From: Chiloscyllium plagiosum
Lineage: Eukaryota
NCBI RefSeq assembly: GCF_004010195.1
Contig: NC_057718.1
Span: forward strand, 61,556,136 to 61,620,135
Length of the DNA stretch: 64,000 bases
Direction of reading: 5' to 3'
The notes beneath the pieces were generated by a model. The model ran no database searches. It saw nothing but the letters and a program-made list of their open reading frames with translations, and was not told where the DNA came from. The translations under genes and the position numbers were made by a program. Position 1 is the first letter of the stretch. Each line of letters begins with the position of its first letter. Below, piece after piece: positions 60,976-64,000 of the stretch.

Positions 60976-61640
60976 ACAACAAAAACAGAAAGTGCTGGAA
61001 CAACCCAGCAGGTCTGGCTGCATCTGTAGCATGAGAAACAATATTTCAAATACTAATAAGGGGAAATAGAAATGCACTGGGTAATGGGCTATCATCAGGT
61101 GAGAGGGGAAGGAAGGTCAAATAGGGAAAGCCTCAAATACATTTGAGAGTGGGAAAAATTAAAAGATAAAGACATCAACTAACAAAAGTTGAAGGGCTTG
61201 GTTCTTGTTATCCCAAAGAAACAAAGCATTTGTCCAGAAAGAGTGATCAAGACTGAATAATGAACAGAGAACCCATGTGAAAATAAAAACAAGATTCCAA
61301 TTAGCAATGCAAAATAAAGAAAATCAAAATGGACGACAGAATTTGTAGTGTGGAATTGTTGACCTTAATGTTGTGTCCAGAAGGCTGTGAAGTGTTTATT
61401 CAGAAGAGGAGATAACTTGAGCTGTCATTGAGCTTCACAAGAACACTGCAGCAGGTCAATAACTGAAATGTGAATTTGAGAGCACAGTGCTGAATTAAAA
61501 TAGCAAGCAACACGAGCTTAGGGTCATACTTGCATACTAAGCAGAGGTGTCGCAAGACAGTCGTCTAATCTTCGTTTGGTTTCTTAATCTAAAGGAGAGC
61601 ACATTGTGAGCTTTGAATAGAGTATACTGACTTGAAAGAA
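60976..61640 (-). mobile_element. Old PLE fragment with a GIY-YIG endonuclease remnant
   Basis: Minus strand VYSIQSSQCALL*I (cf. VYCIxCxxCxLLYIGET) and RHLCLVCKYDP; family-2-like tail at 60976-61030. Confidence 0.65.
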
Positions 61641-61671
61641 GTGGAAGTAGACCACCATTTCTCCCGGAAGA

Positions 61672-62023
61672 ACATAGGTTCAGGATGAGAGGGGAAACAT
61701 TTAAAAGGTACCTAAGGGGCAACTTTTTCACAAAAAGTGTGGTGCATGTATGGAATGAGCTGCCAGAGGAAGTGGTGGAGACTGGTACAATTACAATATT
61801 TAATAGGCATCTGGATGGTATGTGAATAGGAAAGGCTTAGAGGGATATGGTCCAAATGCTGGCAAATAGGATTGGATTAGTTTAGGATATCTGGTCGGCA
61901 TGGACGAATTGGATATGGTCCAAATGCTGGCAAATAGCATTAGATTAGTTTAGGATATCTGGTTGGCATGGACGAGTTGGATAGCAGGGTCTGTTTCCAT
62001 GCTGTATGTCTCTACCACTCTAT
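61672..62023 (+). mobile_element. CR1 3' fragment with an internal 68-bp tandem duplication
   Basis: Matches 20555-20840; ggatatggtccaaatgctggcaaatag starts at 61843 and 61911. Confidence 0.9.
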
Positions 62024-62476
62024 AACTTATGAGTGTTTAAAACCTCCAACATTATTACATCTTCTGTGATTGCAATGATATGCGGAGGAAACAAAGTTTT
62101 GAAAGTGATTGAGAAGTGTTGGAGAGGAAATAATCTGATCCAAATGTGAGCAAGGAAGGGAAGGACAAGATAATTTTGGTGGTCAGGAACTGGCAGAAAC
62201 AGAAGAGGATGATTCTTCAAATATGGAGGCCAGCGAGATGGGATGTCAGGAAAAAGTGAACCCTATTGCAGTACTGGAGAGGGGAAGGTGTGAGAGGAAT
62301 ACCTGCTTCTATCTCCTTCTCAAAATTCAACAGACTGTGGGGTCTGCAGCCCCACTTTTGCACAACAAATGTTTCCCATTTGGCAATTATGAATCAAGCA
62401 TCTGAGATACATGAATTAACCCTTTGTTGTGTAGTCCTTATGATAAGTGAAAACTCACTGTACTCCTTTAAATTAG

Positions 62477-62780
62477 TTTAGATTCCCTACAGTGTGGAAA
62501 CAGGCCCTGCAGCCCAACCAGTCTACACCGACCCTCTGAAGAGTAACCCACCCAGATCCATTTCCCTCTGACTAATGCACCGAGCACTATGGGCAATTTA
62601 GCATGGCCAATTCACCTGACCTGCACAACTTTGGACTGTGGGAGGAAACTGGAGCACCCGGAGGAAACCTACGCAGACACGGAGAGAATGTGTAGACTCC
62701 ACACAGAAGCCTGATGCTGGAATCGAACCTGGGACCCTGGTGCTGTGAGGCAGCAGTGCTAACCACTGAGCCACAGTGCC
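62477..62780 (-). mobile_element. HE1-type V-SINE
   Basis: Reverse complement ggcactgtggctcagtggttagcactgctgcctcacagcaccagggtcccaggttcgattcc. Confidence 0.92.
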
Positions 62781-64000
62781 ATTATTTTCATAGCTCCTGT
62801 TTTTTTTTAACACTAATAAATAACTTACAGGTATTCTGGTCATAAATATGTTCTACCAACAGATAATTGAAACTATTGAGAAGAAGGATATGCGTACACT
62901 TCCTTCAATAAGCAATTCTTAACTATTTTAACATTCTCAGTAATAATTCATATGAAAGTGTTCCAGACTTGAAACCACAATCTTTATGGCATTGCACCAA
63001 ACTTTAGTCTGACAACCTACACATAACACATAACACAATTTCAATCCATATGTACTATTCTAGACTTTGATTTATATGTAACCGTTTCTGAACTACTTAA
63101 AATTCTGCGCCATTCTCACAAGGGATAAAATCAACAACTTTCCATCATACTCATTCAAGAGCACTCACTTTGGTTTACCATAATCCCAGTGAGAGAGTTC
63201 TGGTTCAAATTCCTCTGAATAGTCACTGAAGTTTGATCTTTTGAGTAATAAGTTTTGCCAATTTGCACCCAGAACACAAGGCAAAAGGTTTTGATGTAAT
63301 TGAATCTTTGTCCTGTGGAGAGAAGGAGAAAAAGGGGAAGTAGGATAGGTTAAATGTGAAGAAGACTATTCACCAGCTATGGAGATGTCAATGAACTGTA
63401 AAGAATACAGCTTTGCCAATGAAGAAGTGAAGATAGGAAATAGTAATGCAAATTTAAAGGAGAAGTATATATTAAGAAGAAATAGAGTCTTAGTAGGTAA
63501 ATACCTGTTCCACAATACTAAGTCAGAGCAATCAATTGTTATGATCCCCATGGAGATTGCTAGTTTTAAAAAAGTAATTCAAACTTCCAGTTGACAACTG
63601 GAAGACAGACACATCAATGTTTAATGTTTTAGAACTTTTATTGTAACAAATGATTGGAATAGCACTATTGGCTAAACATTTATATTTTTGTAGGCAAGTT
63701 TAAACTGCAAGAAGCAAATTCTTATGGAATGATGAGAATGACAGAAAAGCTCCCACTATGTGTTATATTGTCCACTAAGTGGACACTTCATCCAGAAGCC
63801 AGTCTAAAGTTATGCTCAGGATCCAAAGGGCTTAGTATTTTTTTTACTTTCCCAGCTGGGACACTTCTAATTCTAGACTGTCTTTCATTGTTAAGACAGG
63901 TCACATCTATCAGTTATAATCTAGATAAATATTCCAACACCTTTAAATCTTCCAAAACTCAGTCATCAATCTGTACATGAACATCATCCTTTGTTCAACA

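Overview
Eukaryotic, repeat-dense DNA, apparently intergenic or intronic. The repeat content (HE1 V-SINEs with CR1/HER1-type tails, a Deu-domain SINE, shark-type CR1 LINEs) points to a cartilaginous fish, probably a shark (inference). I found no intact host protein-coding gene, rRNA, tRNA or CRISPR array. Roughly half the window is transposon-derived. It holds two near-full-length decayed CR1 LINEs (25433-29249, 54221-57848), many CR1 and L2 fragments, five SINE families and two related solo LTRs. It also holds a Tigger-like MITE, decayed PIF/Harbinger elements (transposase and Myb/SANT gene remnants) and about 15 Penelope-like element (PLE) insertions from four sequence families. The most notable structure is in the PLEs. 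All four families carry a minimal hammerhead ribozyme motif (CTGAnGA-stem II-GAAA-palindromic stem III). Many copies are short fold-back palindromes with 12-22 bp target-site duplications, and their truncation or fold points cluster at the hammerhead. One insertion has captured an exact 119-bp copy of nearby genomic DNA. Repeat-free, TAAT-rich blocks (about 1.6, 9.8, 12.8 and 21.4 kb) may be conserved noncoding elements. Two assembly gaps both lie inside PLE insertions. Coordinates of old repeats are approximate, and family names come from motif recognition, not database searches.
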